From Oscillospiraceae bacterium (GTDB lineage Bacteria > Bacillota > Clostridia > Oscillospirales > Acutalibacteraceae): 38,350 bases of DNA. Within the stretch, counting starts at the first letter, position 1. Every line of letters starts with the position of its first letter. The notes beneath the pieces are model-generated. The model was not told the origin of the DNA and searched no databases. It saw only the letters and a program-made list of their open reading frames with translations. Below, piece by piece: positions 9,879 through 22,927 of the stretch. The stretch spans positions 1 through 38,350 of the forward strand of contig CADBOC010000200.1 in assembly GCA_902796175.1 (NCBI GenBank). The letters are read 5' to 3'. Made by a program: the position numbers and the translations under genes.

Positions 9879-10369
9879 ACGTTCGTTTCCTCAAAGAATT
9901 GTTCCGCCGCGCGCAGCGTATCCGCCTCCGTCACGGCGCGTCCGAGGATCTTTTCGGAGAGCGTTACCGCCATCTCCACGATATCCTTTTTCGCTTCCTG
10001 CACCGCGTCCGCGCGGGTGAGCTCCGCCGCCGCAGCGGCTTCGCGCTTCACCTGTTCCGCCTGTTCGCGCGCGCCGGCAAGGATCCGCTCCGATTCCGCC
10101 CTGGCGGCGTTCTGCGCCTCGGCTACGCTCTTTCGGCGCATCTCCTCCGCCCCCGCCAGAAGCGCTTCGTACTGTTCGCGGGCGGCGGCGGCTTCGGCCT
10201 GCCCGGCCTGCGCCCGGGCCGCTTCATCCTCCAGCCGCTGACGGCGCGCCTCCAGAAACTTTTTTACCGGCTTATATACCAGCGCCTTCGTAACAAGGAA
10301 AAGGATCACGATGTTGATCAGATTGATCACGAGATCCGCGATCATATCCTTTGAAAGCAGTTCTCCCAT
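9875..10369 (-). CDS. atpF: Fo ATP synthase b subunit
   Basis: 164 aa. One N-terminal TM helix (LVINLINIVILFLVTKALV), then YKPVKKFLEARR and a long Ala/Glu/Arg-rich coiled coil. Confidence 0.85.
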   Translation of the reverse strand: MGELLSKDMIADLVINLINIVILFLVTKALVYKPVKKFLEARRQRLEDEAARAQAGQAEAAAAREQYEALLAGAEEMRRKSVAEAQNAARAESERILAGAREQAEQVKREAAAAAELTRADAVQEAKKDIVEMAVTLSEKILGRAVTEADTLRAAEQFFEETNV

Positions 10370-10383
10370 AACCGTTCCTCTTT

Positions 10384-10602
10384 TTATTTCGCGGTCGCGA
10401 GAATGATCGCGATGATAAAGCCGTAAAGACCGATGGATTCCGCAAGGGCGCAGCCCAGCAGCAGTAGGGTCTGGATCCTGCCCGCGGCCTCAGGCTGACG
10501 GGCGGCGGATTCCACCGCTTTGGACGTGGCAAAGCACATACCGAAGCCGACTCCCAGTACGGTAGCGGCCATGATGATCGCGGCAGCAATTGCATTCGTC
10601 AT
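10384..10602 (-). CDS. atpE: Fo ATP synthase c subunit
   Basis: 72-aa helical hairpin with loop ARQPEA and the carboxylate in ALAESIGLYGF. Confidence 0.92.
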   Translation of the reverse strand: MTNAIAAAIIMAATVLGVGFGMCFATSKAVESAARQPEAAGRIQTLLLLGCALAESIGLYGFIIAIILATAK

Positions 10603-10635
10603 TTTTTCTTTCCTCCGAATCTGAATTGATTTGTT

Positions 10636-11544
10636 TTATTCAAGCGCTTCGCTGATGTAGGTCAGCGAAAGCGTTACAAAAATATAGATCTGCAGCATCG
10701 GGTGGATCAGGTTGAAATAGATCCCCGCGACGGCGGGCAGACCAAGCGCGAAGCCGCCGAGCACGCCCTTTAAGAGCTCCATCACGAGCATGCCGCCCAT
10801 CATGTTGCCGAAGAGCCGGCAGGCGAGAGAAATGGGAACGGCGAAGTCGCTCACCATTTTAAGCGGAACCATGATCGGGCGCATCCAGGGCACGGGACCG
10901 CCCATATTTCTGAGTCTGCCCCCGAAGCCGTTCTCGCGGATGCCGCAGATGTTGACGAGCGCCAGCGTACAGAGGCCCAGACTGAAGGTGAACGTAAGAT
11001 CCGAGATCGGCGCGCGCAGCCCGAACAGCTCCGTCAAAGCCGATGCGAACATATAGAGCGCGACGCTGAGCATATAAGGCGCGAGCAGCGGCGTCATACC
11101 GGGATTCGTCGCCTTGCCGACAAAGGAATCGAGCGTTTCCACGATCAGCTCGAACACGTTCTGCAGCCGGCCCGGAGAGCCCTCCGTAAACTTCGGAACG
11201 GCGATAAAACGAAAGAGCAGCATCAGCACCGTCAGGATCACGAGCAGCGCCGCGCCCAGCACCGTGGTCTTCGCGACCGTGATCCCGGCAAAGAGCGGCA
11301 CGCGTTCGCTGAACATCTCGAACTCGATCTTAAGCTCAGACCGTTTGCCCGACAGACCGGTGATCAGAGAACCCGCCGTCAGATAAGCGGAGATCAGCAC
11401 GCCGACGAACCAGAGCTTTCGTATCCGCCTCTGTTTCTTTGTCGGCTGAGCCCCGCCGCCCCGCTTTGCCACGATATACCCGGCGAGCGTGACGCCGAGC
11501 AGCGCCGCCCCGACGGCGGCGAGAATGATCTGTTTGGTTTCCAA
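10636..11544 (-). CDS. atpB: Fo ATP synthase a subunit with N-terminal extension
   Basis: 302 aa. Stator arginine motif LACRLFGNMMGG. TTG start at 11544 with SD AAAGGAGGA. The first ~70 residues (two hydrophobic helices and a KKQRRIRK loop) precede what looks like the usual a-subunit N-terminus. Confidence 0.88.
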   Translation of the reverse strand: METKQIILAAVGAALLGVTLAGYIVAKRGGGAQPTKKQRRIRKLWFVGVLISAYLTAGSLITGLSGKRSELKIEFEMFSERVPLFAGITVAKTTVLGAALLVILTVLMLLFRFIAVPKFTEGSPGRLQNVFELIVETLDSFVGKATNPGMTPLLAPYMLSVALYMFASALTELFGLRAPISDLTFTFSLGLCTLALVNICGIRENGFGGRLRNMGGPVPWMRPIMVPLKMVSDFAVPISLACRLFGNMMGGMLVMELLKGVLGGFALGLPAVAGIYFNLIHPMLQIYIFVTLSLTYISEALE

Positions 11545-11547
11545 GGA

Positions 11548-11829
11548 TTATCCTCCTTTCATCTGTGTTCTGCCTTTTTTAACGTACCAGACCGCAAGCG
11601 CCGCAAGCAGGCCGACGGCATACCCCGCGGCGCCCCATAAAACGCCCGCTCGCAGGGGGAACGCCAACAGGCAGAGCAGCGCGCCGTAAACGGCGATCTT
11701 CGCGAACAGCGCCGCGAGCATTCTGCCCGTCTGCTGCGAGAAAGCAGCGGGGAACAGGACCGCGCTCAGAAGCGCCTGCACGACGCCCGCCGCAAGGGCG
11801 GCCGCCAGCGCGGCGATACGAATGAACAA
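11548..11829 (-). CDS. small hydrophobic protein leading the atp operon (AtpI/AtpZ-like)
   Basis: 93 aa, Ala/Leu-rich with about 3 TM segments. TTG start 9 nt after GAGGGGAGG. The call rests on its position as first gene of the operon, not on a recognised motif. Confidence 0.5.
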   Translation of the reverse strand: MFIRIAALAAALAAGVVQALLSAVLFPAAFSQQTGRMLAALFAKIAVYGALLCLLAFPLRAGVLWGAAGYAVGLLAALAVWYVKKGRTQMKGG

Positions 11830-11847
11830 ACCTGTACGCCTCCCCTC

Positions 11848-11881
11848 AAAAAACAGAAAGCGCGCCGGTCTCCGGCAACGC
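11848..11881 (-). terminator. terminator-like hairpin plus U-tract in the atp operon leader
   Basis: Minus-sense GCG(U)UGCCGG-AGA-CCGGCGCGC followed by UUUCUGUUUUUU, immediately upstream of the SD GAGGGGAGG. An A-run and a T-run flank it, so it could act in both directions. Confidence 0.4.
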
Positions 11882-11900
11882 TTTTTGCTCGAACGGTTGC

Positions 11901-11929
11901 ATTATAGTCTTTGTTTGCATAAAATACAA
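11901..11929 (-). promoter_or_regulatory. candidate sigma-A promoter TTGTAT-17-TATAAT for the atp operon
   Basis: Minus strand: -35 at 11929..11924, -10 at 11906..11901, spacer exactly 17 nt, in an AT-rich intergenic island. Confidence 0.55.
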
Positions 11930-11981
11930 GGGCTTTTTCATAATTTTTTATTATACTTTTTTATTTGGTCATTAGCGATCT

Positions 11982-12914
11982 TTATACACTGTATACGCTG
12001 CGCGCGCAGTCCACGAACGCCTCCATGGCGCTGCTGGGATACCTTTTTTTCTTGTAGCCGATCGAGAGTCTGCGCCTTGTATCCTCCCCCGCGAGCTTAT
12101 AAAAACAGCAGCGCGTCTCGCTGCCCATCACGCGCACAAGGTTATCCGTTACCACGGTAACGCCGAGGCCCTCTTTGGTCATATTGTAAGCCGTGAGGAG
12201 CTGATCGGGGCTGATACGGACCTTCGGCGCAAAACCGGCGTTTTCACACAGCTGCATCGCGCGCGCATACATATCGTTGCCCTTTTTGAGCACGATGAAA
12301 AAGCTGTCTGAGAAGGCCGAAAGCTCCACCCTCGGGCAGCCGCGGTCCAGATAATGTCCGTTTTTGATATCGCGGTCCGTCAGCGCGGCGTCCGCAAACG
12401 CTTCGTTGATCGGGTGCGCCGCCGGCACCGCGAGCAGCAGCGTTTCGTCTGAAAGCGGATAGGATACGAAAAGCTCGGGATCAAAATCGTGCGCGACCAG
12501 GATATCCACCTTTTCTTCCAGAAGCTGATTCTTCAGATCGTGGGTATGGGATTCCACCAGCTCTACCTGCACGCCCTGATAGCGCTGCGAGAACGCGCGG
12601 ATGATGCGCGGCAGAATGAACGACGCGATAAAATTTTCGCCGCTCACGATCACGCTGCCGCTCTTGATCTCGCTCAGATCATTGAGCTGATTGAGCATAT
12701 TGTGCTGCAACGCCCGCATCTTTTCGATGGATTCGATGCACACGCGCCCGGCGGAGGTCAGCGAAACGGGATTCGTGCTGCGGTCAAAGATCGTCACGCC
12801 GAGACGCTTTTCCACTTTTTTTACCGCGGCGGACAGCGCCGGCTGCGATATGAAGAGCTTTTTCGCCGCGGCTGAAAAGCTGCGCTCCAGATAGACTTCA
12901 TATACATAATCCAT
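11982..12914 (-). CDS. LysR family transcriptional regulator
   Basis: HTH region ERSFSAAAKKLFISQPALSAAVKKVEKRLGVTIFDRS plus a LysR substrate-binding body. The ATG at 12914 (MDYVYEVYLE) matches the canonical LysR N-terminus. The track start at 12971 lies upstream of the predicted promoter. Confidence 0.88.
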   Translation of the reverse strand: MDYVYEVYLERSFSAAAKKLFISQPALSAAVKKVEKRLGVTIFDRSTNPVSLTSAGRVCIESIEKMRALQHNMLNQLNDLSEIKSGSVIVSGENFIASFILPRIIRAFSQRYQGVQVELVESHTHDLKNQLLEEKVDILVAHDFDPELFVSYPLSDETLLLAVPAAHPINEAFADAALTDRDIKNGHYLDRGCPRVELSAFSDSFFIVLKKGNDMYARAMQLCENAGFAPKVRISPDQLLTAYNMTKEGLGVTVVTDNLVRVMGSETRCCFYKLAGEDTRRRLSIGYKKKRYPSSAMEAFVDCARSVYSV

Positions 12915-12959
12915 GCCGTCGAACACCGCGCCGCCCCCCCCTTTGGTTCCGATGGGTGT

Positions 12960-12988
12960 ATGATAGCACAAAAACGGATCTTTGTCAC
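12960..12988 (-). promoter_or_regulatory. candidate lysR promoter GTGACA-17-TATCAT (TGc extended) overlapping the ACAAA-N8-TTTGT dyad
   Basis: Minus strand: -35 at 12988..12983, -10 at 12965..12960. The dyad at 12968..12985 sits in the spacer, a plausible autoregulatory LysR site. Confidence 0.35.
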
Positions 12989-13011
12989 CTCTTTTTTTGT
13001 TTTTTTCGGGA

Positions 13012-13040
13012 TTGAATCCGCGGCGTCTTTATGATATGAT
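13012..13040 (+). promoter_or_regulatory. candidate sigma-A promoter TTGAAT-17-TATGAT (TGa extended) for the symporter gene
   Basis: -35 at 13012..13017, -10 at 13035..13040, 28 nt upstream of the ATG at 13069. Confidence 0.5.
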
Positions 13041-13068
13041 AAAAGAAAACGGAAAAGGGAGGATCGGA

Positions 13069-14502
13069 ATGGGTAAGACAAAAACGCTTACCACAGGCAA
13101 AATGATCGCCTACGGCGTCGGGATCTTCGGCATCCAGATGCTGGTGGGCTACATCAATACGTACCAATCCCAGTTCTATTCCAAAGTATTGAACGCGGAG
13201 CTGACGGTCTGCGCCGTGATCATTCTTGCGGCGAAGATCATCAGCTCGTTCGCGGATCCCGTGATCGGCCGGCTGATCGACGGAGCGCATTTCAAATCCG
13301 GCAAAATGAAGCCCTTCGTCGCCTTCAGCATTCTCCCCTTTGCGGCGATCACCCTGATGATGTTCGTGTTCATCCCATTCCCGAACGACGCGGTCAAATA
13401 CGTTTACATCACGTTTACGACGGTCCTGTGGAACATTCTGATGAGCTTCGCCGATATCCCGAGCCAGGGGATGCTCGCGGTGCTCAGCCCCTCGTCGGAA
13501 GAGAAAAACTCAGCCGCCGGTTTTTCGAACATGATGAAATCCGTAGGGCTGATCGTTCCGGGGCTCGTCGTGCCGATCGTCTGCATGGCGACGGGCTCGC
13601 CGGACATCGGCAAAAAGGAGTACCTGATCACCGCCGTCGTCGTGTGTCTGCTTGCGCTTCTCTTCGTCGCGCTGATGCTCGGCACAACGAAGGAGGTCAT
13701 AAAGAGCGAACCGCAGAAGATGAGCCTGAAAGCGATGTTCCGGGAGCTGGTGACAAACAAGCCCCTGATGATCATTTTTCTGATGAATCTTCTGGGCTTC
13801 GGCCGGAATCTCGCCGTGAACATCGGCGTGCAGACGGCGGCCGTCGTATTCAAAGAGGGCTTTTCGATCACGCTTTTCGGCAATCAGATCGCTTTCGCCG
13901 GGGAAAATCTCTCGATCGCGCTCGGCATCGGCTCTTCGGTGACCTCATTCATCGGCATCACGATCGCTCCCTTTGTCGCGAAAAAGCTCGGGATCAAAAA
14001 GACATTTATGATCTTCGGCGTATACGGGCTCGCCGCCAGCACCGCTTACTATCTGCTCTTCGTCTTCGGCCCGGATTTCTGGCGCGGCTTCTGGGGCATT
14101 TTCATCGGTCAGTTCATCATCAGCCTGATGTTCGGCACCCACGGCTACGCGCCGCTCGTCATGCTCTCCGATTCCGTCGACTACCGCGAGATGACGACGG
14201 GCAAACGGACGGAGGGACTGCAGTCCTCCATCGTAACGCTCTCCATCAAGCTGGCGAACGCCTTCTCGGTGGCGGTCGGCATCTTTATGGTGGGGCTTTC
14301 GGGCTATAAGGCCGATATGGCGGGAACGCCGGATCTGATCACCCCGAAGATGACCAACATCGTGACCGCCGCGTACTGGCTCGTGCCCGGCATATGCGTG
14401 GGCCTGAGCATGCTGCCCATGCTCTTTTACAAGCTCGACGACCCGGAGATCCGTAGCAAAATGACCGCCTATATGAGATCGCGGGAAGAACAGAACGTCT
14501 GA
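13069..14502 (+). CDS. MFS transporter, glycoside-pentoside-hexuronide (GPH) cation symporter type
   Basis: The ATG at 13069 follows AAGGGAGGATCGGA. About 12 TM helices. FADPVIGRLIDG after TM2 and MLSDSVDYREMTTGKRTEG in the central loop are typical of MelB/GusB-like carriers. Confidence 0.88.
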   Translation: MGKTKTLTTGKMIAYGVGIFGIQMLVGYINTYQSQFYSKVLNAELTVCAVIILAAKIISSFADPVIGRLIDGAHFKSGKMKPFVAFSILPFAAITLMMFVFIPFPNDAVKYVYITFTTVLWNILMSFADIPSQGMLAVLSPSSEEKNSAAGFSNMMKSVGLIVPGLVVPIVCMATGSPDIGKKEYLITAVVVCLLALLFVALMLGTTKEVIKSEPQKMSLKAMFRELVTNKPLMIIFLMNLLGFGRNLAVNIGVQTAAVVFKEGFSITLFGNQIAFAGENLSIALGIGSSVTSFIGITIAPFVAKKLGIKKTFMIFGVYGLAASTAYYLLFVFGPDFWRGFWGIFIGQFIISLMFGTHGYAPLVMLSDSVDYREMTTGKRTEGLQSSIVTLSIKLANAFSVAVGIFMVGLSGYKADMAGTPDLITPKMTNIVTAAYWLVPGICVGLSMLPMLFYKLDDPEIRSKMTAYMRSREEQNV

Positions 14503-14512
14503 TCCGAAAAAA

Positions 14513-14568
14513 GATCCCGCTGTGTCTGCCGCCCTGAGGCAAAGCAAGCATAACGGGATCCGTTTTTT
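14513..14568 (+). terminator. terminator-like hairpin with T6 after the symporter gene
   Basis: GATCCCG ... CGGGATC with a large (34-nt) loop, followed by CGTTTTTT. Starts 11 nt after the stop. Confidence 0.35.
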
Positions 14569-14572
14569 CTGT

Positions 14573-14601
14573 AAAAAAGCCTGTTGCCGCACAACGTGCG
14601 G
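14573..14601 (-). terminator. terminator-like hairpin after radC
   Basis: Minus-sense CCGCAC-GUU-GUGCGG followed by CAACAGGCUUUUUU, 12 nt after the radC stop. Confidence 0.4.
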
Positions 14602-14612
14602 TGAACCCGGCC

Positions 14613-15353
14613 TCAGTCCGGCAGGCCCGAAAAGGCCAGCTCCGTCGGGCGGAACCTGCCGGTTTTGGAGAGATAGCAGACGCCGTCCGGCGCAACGATC
14701 ATGTGGTCGAGCAGAATCACGCCGATCGCGCCGAGCGTCTGGGCAAGCATACGCGTACTGTCTATGTCGTCGCGCGAGGGAGCGGCGAAGCTCAGCGGAT
14801 GCGAATGGGCGATCACGATCCCATGCGCCGAATGCAGAACGGCCTCGCGGATCAGCATTTCGGTACTGGCGGAGACCGAGTGGGAACCGCCGGAATCCGT
14901 CACAAAACGTTTGATCACCCGCCCGGCGCCGTCGAGCAGCGCGAACGCGAACTGCTCAACGGAGGGATCTGTCAGCAGGGGCGAGAGCACGCTCTCGATG
15001 TCGGCCCGCGAACCAATGCGCTCTGTTGTCAGGTCCGATTCCCGTCTGCACAGCGCCGAAACATCCCGGAACAGCTTCAGGAACGCGGCCGTTTCCTCGC
15101 CGACGCCGGGAATCGAGGTCAGCGCCCGGCTCGGCGCGTTGAGCACGTTCGAAACGGAACCGTACCGGTCGATCAGCTCATGCGCGATCGGCTTTGTATC
15201 TACCCGCGGAAGCGCGTAGAACAGGATCAGCTCCAGCACCTGGTAAGGCGGCATGCCAGTAAGACCGCTCTCCATATACTGCCTGCGAACGCGCATCCGG
15301 TGCCCGGCATGGAACCGGTCGCCTTTGCGGCTCTTTGCTTTTCTGTCCTCCAT
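14613..15353 (-). CDS. radC: RadC-family JAB/JAMM domain protein
   Basis: JAMM signature HSHPLSFAAPSRDD (HxHx7Sx2D). N-terminal GHRMRVRRQY plus a helix-hairpin-helix segment. The ATG at 15353 follows AGAGGA; the track start at 15356 is a GTG one codon upstream. Confidence 0.88.
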   Translation of the reverse strand: MEDRKAKSRKGDRFHAGHRMRVRRQYMESGLTGMPPYQVLELILFYALPRVDTKPIAHELIDRYGSVSNVLNAPSRALTSIPGVGEETAAFLKLFRDVSALCRRESDLTTERIGSRADIESVLSPLLTDPSVEQFAFALLDGAGRVIKRFVTDSGGSHSVSASTEMLIREAVLHSAHGIVIAHSHPLSFAAPSRDDIDSTRMLAQTLGAIGVILLDHMIVAPDGVCYLSKTGRFRPTELAFSGLPD

Positions 15354-15408
15354 CACAGATCCTCTTTTTCTGTATCAGTATCACTCTATCATCAGGGGTA
15401 AGACAATC

Positions 15409-20322
<4,914 letters not shown>

Positions 20323-20377
20323 CGTTCCCTTCCGCTGTTTTCTTCGGGACCCGCCCTGCAAGCCTTCGGAAAGCGGT

Positions 20378-21493
20378 TCAGCGGCAGGCTTCCCTTACCT
20401 TTTCTACGATCCGCCGCATCTCCTCCGCTTTTTTCTCCATATCCGCCACCAGCGCGAACTGGGTGCGGCAGCGAACAAGGTTGTGCTCGGGGTAATCGGT
20501 TTTGAAATAAACGTCGCCGTCCAGAAAATCCGTCAGAAAGCGCATGCCGCACTCGAGCGTCATGAGCTTTGACGCAAAGGGAAGCAGACCGATCTCTTTT
20601 TCCGTAAGGCTCCCGCCCGCGGCGGAAAGATACCCTTCGGTATACGCTTCAAAAAGCGTAAGATCCAGCGACACCTTCGATAAGTCCCGTTCATCCTCCG
20701 CCGCCGTATTGGCGCCGAAGCGGATGGCGTCGCCGAAGTCGTAAAGAGAAAGCCCCGGCATGACGGTATCGAGATCCACAACGCAGACCGGCTCGCCGGT
20801 CGCCGCGTCAAAAAGGATATTGTTGAGCTTTGTGTCGTTGTGCGTAACGCGGACAGGCAGCGCGCCGGTTTCGATATAGCCCGTCAGAATGAACGTGTCG
20901 TCAAGCCTTTGCTCCGCGAAAGCGATCTGAGCCTCACACAGCCCTCTGCGGCCGGAGGCGTTGCGTTTCACGCTGTTCATCAGATTGCGGTAGCGCCGCG
21001 CCGTATGGTGGAAATCCGGGATCGTTTCATAAAGCGTATCGATCGGGAAATCCGCCAGCTGGTTCTGGAATTCCCCGAACGCCTTCCCCGCTTTGCGGAA
21101 CACGTCCGGATTCTCGATCGTGTTGTACGCAAACGCGTCGTTCACGAAGTTATAGACGCGCCATACTCTGCCGGCGGCGTCCGTATAATACTTTTTACCG
21201 TCCTTGCAGGGCTTGCAGTAGAGCGTTTCGCGTTCCGGATCGCCGCCGGCGGCGATCACGCGGTCGCGCAGAAAAGACGTGACCAGATCCACGTTCACCA
21301 TCAGCCGCTCGGGATCCCTGAAGACGGCGGTATTGATCTGCTGCAGCAGATAGGTCAGCTCCCTGCCGCCGCTCAGGAACACCGCTTTGAACGTATTGTT
21401 GATATGGCCGTCGTCGATCGCGCGGCAGCCCCTGTATTCGCCGGAGATCATAAAATGACTCAGGATCTCTCTGAGTTCTTCCTGTGTGAACAT
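20378..21493 (-). CDS. APH-fold sugar kinase, N-acetylhexosamine 1-kinase (NahK)-like
   Basis: The ATG at 21493 follows GAAGGGAGGA. Catalytic loop VTHNDTKLNNILFD and metal site VVDLDTVMPGLSLYDFGD resemble Bifidobacterium NahK/LnpB as I recall them. Confidence 0.75.
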   Translation of the reverse strand: MFTQEELREILSHFMISGEYRGCRAIDDGHINNTFKAVFLSGGRELTYLLQQINTAVFRDPERLMVNVDLVTSFLRDRVIAAGGDPERETLYCKPCKDGKKYYTDAAGRVWRVYNFVNDAFAYNTIENPDVFRKAGKAFGEFQNQLADFPIDTLYETIPDFHHTARRYRNLMNSVKRNASGRRGLCEAQIAFAEQRLDDTFILTGYIETGALPVRVTHNDTKLNNILFDAATGEPVCVVDLDTVMPGLSLYDFGDAIRFGANTAAEDERDLSKVSLDLTLFEAYTEGYLSAAGGSLTEKEIGLLPFASKLMTLECGMRFLTDFLDGDVYFKTDYPEHNLVRCRTQFALVADMEKKAEEMRRIVEKVREACR

Positions 21494-21522
21494 GGCGGTT
21501 CCTCCCTTCACCAAACAGAAAA

Positions 21523-21551
21523 ATTATAGCAAATATAAAAAAAACAGTCAA
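21523..21551 (-). promoter_or_regulatory. near-consensus sigma-A promoter TTGACT-17-TATAAT for the kinase-cotH-ligA operon
   Basis: Minus strand: -35 at 21551..21546, -10 at 21528..21523, spacer 17 nt, about 30 nt upstream of the ATG at 21493. Confidence 0.6.
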
Positions 21552-21568
21552 GTTTTATTAATTCATTC

Positions 21569-21597
21569 TTTACTTTATCGCTGAAATCAAGTACAAT
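21569..21597 (+). promoter_or_regulatory. candidate sigma-A promoter TTTACT-17-TACAAT for pyrH
   Basis: -35 at 21569..21574, -10 at 21592..21597, 36 nt upstream of the pyrH ATG. Confidence 0.5.
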
Positions 21598-21633
21598 AAA
21601 CTGGAACGATACTACAGATTCCGGAGGAAAGAG

Positions 21634-22338
21634 ATGAAACCTGTATACAAACGGATCTTACTCAAGCTCAGCGGCGAGGTGCTCGCCGGCAGCGGCGGCC
21701 ACGGCATCGACTTTGCGACCGTGGACAGCATCTGCGCCGTGATCAAAAAATGCGCCGATCTCGGCGTTGAGATCGGCATCGTGGTCGGCGGCGGCAACTT
21801 CTGGCGCGGCCGCTCCAGCGGAGAAATGGACCGCGTGCGCGCCGACAGCATGGGCATGCTCGCAACCGTTATGAACGCCCTGGCGCTGCAGGAAAGCCTC
21901 ATCGGCCTCGGCAACCCCGCCGTTGTGATGACGGCGCTCGACATGCAGCGCATCGCGAAGCCCTATCAGAAGGACGACGCCGTCGCCGCCATGAAGGCCG
22001 GCAGCGTGGTCATCTTCGGCTGCGGCACGGGCAGCCCCTTCTTCAGCACCGATTCGGGCGCGGCGCTGCGCGCGAACGAGATCGGCGCGGATATCTTCTT
22101 CAAGGCCACGAACGTGGACGGCGTTTACGACAAAGACCCGAACCGTTACCCCGACGCGGTCAGATACGAAACGCTCACCTACGACGAGATCCTTGAAAAG
22201 CACCTCGGCGTGATGGACAACACCGCCGCGGCGCTCGCCCAGAACGGGCGGCTTCCCGTACTCGTATTCAACCTGAACGATCCCGAGAACATCCTCAGGG
22301 CCGTTCTGGGTGAAAAGATCGGCACGATCGTAAAATAA
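21634..22338 (+). CDS. pyrH: UMP kinase
   Basis: 234 aa. YKRILLKLSGE..., VVGGGNFWRG, FGCGTGSPFFSTDSGAALRA. Confidence 0.96.
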   Translation: MKPVYKRILLKLSGEVLAGSGGHGIDFATVDSICAVIKKCADLGVEIGIVVGGGNFWRGRSSGEMDRVRADSMGMLATVMNALALQESLIGLGNPAVVMTALDMQRIAKPYQKDDAVAAMKAGSVVIFGCGTGSPFFSTDSGAALRANEIGADIFFKATNVDGVYDKDPNRYPDAVRYETLTYDEILEKHLGVMDNTAAALAQNGRLPVLVFNLNDPENILRAVLGEKIGTIVK

Positions 22339-22366
22339 AAAACAAAAAACGGAGGAGAGATCAATC

Positions 22367-22921
22367 ATGGAAACCGTATTTGCCCATACCAGAGAAAAAA
22401 TGTCGAAGACCATCGCCGCGCTCAGAAGCGAATTCAACTCCATCCGCGCCGGCCGCGCGAACGCCGCGGTGCTCGATCCCATCCGCGTGGATTACTGGGG
22501 CGTTCCCACCCCCATCAACCAGATGGCGGCCGTTTCCGTTCCGGAAGCGCGCATCCTCATGATCCAGCCCTGGGACAAATCGGCCCTGAAGCTGATCGAA
22601 AAAGCGATACAGGCCTCCGATCTCGGCATCAACCCCCAGAACGACGGCAGCGTGCTGCGCCTCACCTTCCCGCCCCTGACGGAGGAGCGCAGAAAGCAGC
22701 TCGTGAAGGAAGTAAAGGCCACGGCGGAAGGCTCCAAGGTCGCGATCCGCAACATCCGCAGAGAGGCGATCGAGAAGCTCAAGGCCATGAAGAAGGCCTC
22801 AGAGATCACGGAGGACGACCTGAAGGACGGCGAAGCGGAGATCCAGAAGATCACCGACGAATTCATCAAGCAGGTAGACGCAGTCTCCGCCGCCAAGGAA
22901 GAAGAGATCCTCGCGATCTGA
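22367..22921 (+). CDS. frr: ribosome recycling factor
   Basis: 184 aa. LRSEFNSIRAGRANAAVLDPIRVDYWG, NPQNDGSVLRLTFPPLTEERRK. Confidence 0.96.
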   Translation: METVFAHTREKMSKTIAALRSEFNSIRAGRANAAVLDPIRVDYWGVPTPINQMAAVSVPEARILMIQPWDKSALKLIEKAIQASDLGINPQNDGSVLRLTFPPLTEERRKQLVKEVKATAEGSKVAIRNIRREAIEKLKAMKKASEITEDDLKDGEAEIQKITDEFIKQVDAVSAAKEEEILAI

Positions 22922-22927
22922 CGGCGT

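Noticed and set aside
10384-10602. Possible Na+-translocating c-ring, because of the ESxxY pattern in ALAESIGLYG.
   Set aside because: Only part of the Ilyobacter/Propionigenium Na+ signature is present. The helix-1 Gln is replaced (GVGFGMCFATSK) and the Thr after Ser is Ile. Ion specificity cannot be called from sequence alone.
12915-12971. The longer LysR start at 12971 given by the ORF track (MCYHTPIGTKGGGG...).
   Set aside because: The extension is Gly-rich and non-conserved. It begins upstream of the predicted lysR promoter -10 (12965..12960). The canonical LysR N-terminus MDYVYEVYLERSF starts at 12914.
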